Shown piece by piece: positions 62,472 to 64,000 of a stretch of DNA of 64,000 nt (within the stretch, counting starts at the first letter, position 1; each line of letters opens with the position of its first letter). A program made the translations under genes and the position numbers. Location of the stretch: assembly GCA_964554805.1 (NCBI GenBank), contig CAZKPX010000003.1, positions 12,366 through 76,365 on the forward strand, written 5' to 3'. A model generated the notes under the pieces. The model did not search any database. It saw only the letters and a program-made list of their open reading frames with translations, and had not been told where the DNA came from. Source of the DNA: an uncultured Candidatus Saccharibacteria bacterium. Lineage in GTDB: Bacteria > Patescibacteriota > CAZHWT01.

Positions 62472-62654
62472 AAGAACGCTTAGTGGGTGACGGCGACTGA
62501 GTAGCTTGATGGGCACCTGTGGCGCGTAAATCGCGACCATGGGTGCCTATTTGAATAATTTGCTCTATTGAGGGAGAAGGGATTGTTATTTTTAAAAATA
62601 AGGAAAAGTGAGAGGCGGTCGTATAAGACCGCCTCTTGTCGACTGAGCCAGTTT

Positions 62655-63290
62655 TCAAGCTTTGGGTTGCTTCGGCGGAAACAAGTCGAATATCCTTTGG
62701 CTGCGATGATATATTGTGAGGACTCTACCCAATCCTAATTGTCGGCGCTTGGGGTCGGTCCTTGCATGCTCGAATAGGGCTTGCAGCTGAGAATCGCGCA
62801 ATTCTGGTCTAAATTCGACTACCTCAGCCAAGGCAAGGACGGCAGCCTCTCTGACTTCAAAGCTCGGATCTTCCAGTAGGCCATGCAGCTGCTCGCATCG
62901 CCACTGTCCGGACTGATTGATGCCGACAAAGCCAAAGCCCAAGAGTTTTACGATGCAGATGCGCACGTAATCAATCCGACTGGTGAACATGTCTTGCGCT
63001 TTGGCAGCGGAGTCGTTCTCTTCGGTCCAGTTGTTGTGGGTAAGTCCATAGAAGGCTCCAAGGTAGCGCATAGCCATCTGGTCTAGGCTATAGTTGCCAC
63101 CGGAACGACCTAAGGTGCATGCTTTACATTCAAGGACATGCACCAGCTCTTGGTTGGTTAGCGGTATGTTTTGTATGTAGTGCAATGGGCGAAGAAGTCC
63201 ACTGCGGCGCATCAATAGCACGAGTGCGTACTCGTCGCAAGTTATTTTGGACCCAACAGGATAATCTTCCTCTTGAGGTGTATCGGACAT
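62655..63290 (-). CDS. hypothetical protein with a HEAT-like C-terminal region
   Basis: ATG at 63290 with an AGGAGAG ribosome-binding site; the longer track ORF start would contain the TATACTCCCC promoter. Confidence 0.4.
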   Translation of the reverse strand: MSDTPQEEDYPVGSKITCDEYALVLLMRRSGLLRPLHYIQNIPLTNQELVHVLECKACTLGRSGGNYSLDQMAMRYLGAFYGLTHNNWTEENDSAAKAQDMFTSRIDYVRICIVKLLGFGFVGINQSGQWRCEQLHGLLEDPSFEVREAAVLALAEVVEFRPELRDSQLQALFEHARTDPKRRQLGLGRVLTIYHRSQRIFDLFPPKQPKA

Positions 63291-63503
63291 GTTTTCTCTC
63301 TCCTGTGATGAACCAATACGACAGGGGGAGTATAGCATAGAGATTAGGTTTAACTAAATTATTCATAAATTTGGTGCGCATCTTGTTAGTTGCGCTCAGA
63401 AATGGTATACTTCTGCAGATCATTGTATTGATCGTGCATGCCGTCTTGGTGTCGGTATGTTTATCTATCTAAAAACAAATCTTATATTTAACCGAGGATC
63501 ACG

Positions 63504-63890
63504 ATGAAAGTTTACGAATTAATGGCAATTGTTAGCGGAGCATTGGAAGAAGATGCCGTTAAGCCAGTTGCTGACGGAATTGAAAAGACAGTTAAGGCCA
63601 AGCAAGGAACTATCACCTCTTTAGATGAGTGGGGCAAGCGCAAGCTAGCTTACCAAATCAATAAGCAGGATTATGGGTATTACTTTGTATGGCGCTTTAC
63701 TTCAGAAGAATCAAGTGCACCTGCTGAAATTCAGGCAGCTTTGAAGATTCAAGACAACGTACTTCGATCTCTGGTAACTTTGGCTCCTAAGAAGCGATTC
63801 ACTAAGGATGCTGTAGAAGAAGGAACAGAAGAAGTAAAAGAAACAAAAGAAGCAAAAGAAGCTAAAACCAATCAAGCAGCAGAAGCCTAA
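63504..63890 (+). CDS. rpsF: 30S ribosomal protein S6 with a K/E-rich tail
   Basis: MKVYELMAIVSGALEE...KRKLAYQINKQDYGYYFVW. Confidence 0.85.
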   Translation: MKVYELMAIVSGALEEDAVKPVADGIEKTVKAKQGTITSLDEWGKRKLAYQINKQDYGYYFVWRFTSEESSAPAEIQAALKIQDNVLRSLVTLAPKKRFTKDAVEEGTEEVKETKEAKEAKTNQAAEA

Positions 63891-63926
63891 GGCAACAGTT
63901 GATTAGAATGTGAAAGAGGGTTTGCT

Positions 63927-64000
63927 ATGTCTAGTCGTTCTTTAAATAAAGTTCAATTAATCGGTAATTTAACCCGCGATCCTGAGTTGCGCTATACTCC
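63927..64000 (+). CDS. ssb: single-stranded DNA-binding protein, N-terminal fragment running off the window
   Basis: MSSRSLNKVQLIGNLTRDPELRYT; the rpsF-ssb synteny. Confidence 0.7.
   Translation, partial: MSSRSLNKVQLIGNLTRDPELRYT

Overview
This is a 64-kb bacterial chromosomal window of roughly 48% GC. It is dense in core housekeeping genes: mreBCD-mrdA, dprA-topA, rpsB-tsf-frr, rseP, proS, rpsU, ybeY, pth-dnaX-ybaB-recR, cysS, split transketolase, ychF and rpsF-ssb. Hypothetical-gene cassettes and an unusually rich set of small dispersed repeats sit between them. The short 151-aa EF-Ts, the two-gene transketolase, the missing pyrH between tsf and frr, three nucleoside 2-deoxyribosyltransferase-superfamily genes and many leaderless or short-leader promoters together suggest a reduced-genome lineage, possibly Patescibacteria/CPR-like; this is an inference. 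The point I would revisit first is a tRNA cluster (Thr-Tyr-X-X-Thr, then rpmG and tRNA-Trp) in which the two X units are tandem structured elements of about 160 nt. Each begins with a 21-nt copy of the tRNA-Tyr 3' end and carries hairpins kept intact by compensatory base changes. An AT-rich island follows the cluster. Other items worth a second look: a heptanucleotide repeat family (GCGACRR)n that also sits in-frame inside dnaX, pth, rseP and fmt; inverted (AAAGGCA)n heptamer-array elements; a CCGCCAGCTGGCGG palindromic repeat family; a RAYT transposase flanked by paired hairpins of a different palindrome; an IS1595-family transposase remnant; a threefold repetition of the ychF 5' end bracketing two inserted genes; GC-elevated hypothetical cassettes with their own promoters and terminators; and a 760-bp ORF-free segment that may encode a structured RNA. 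No rRNA and no CRISPR array were found. Gene starts were adjusted from the ORF track where an in-frame ATG with a ribosome-binding site was visible; individual coordinates may be off by a few nucleotides.
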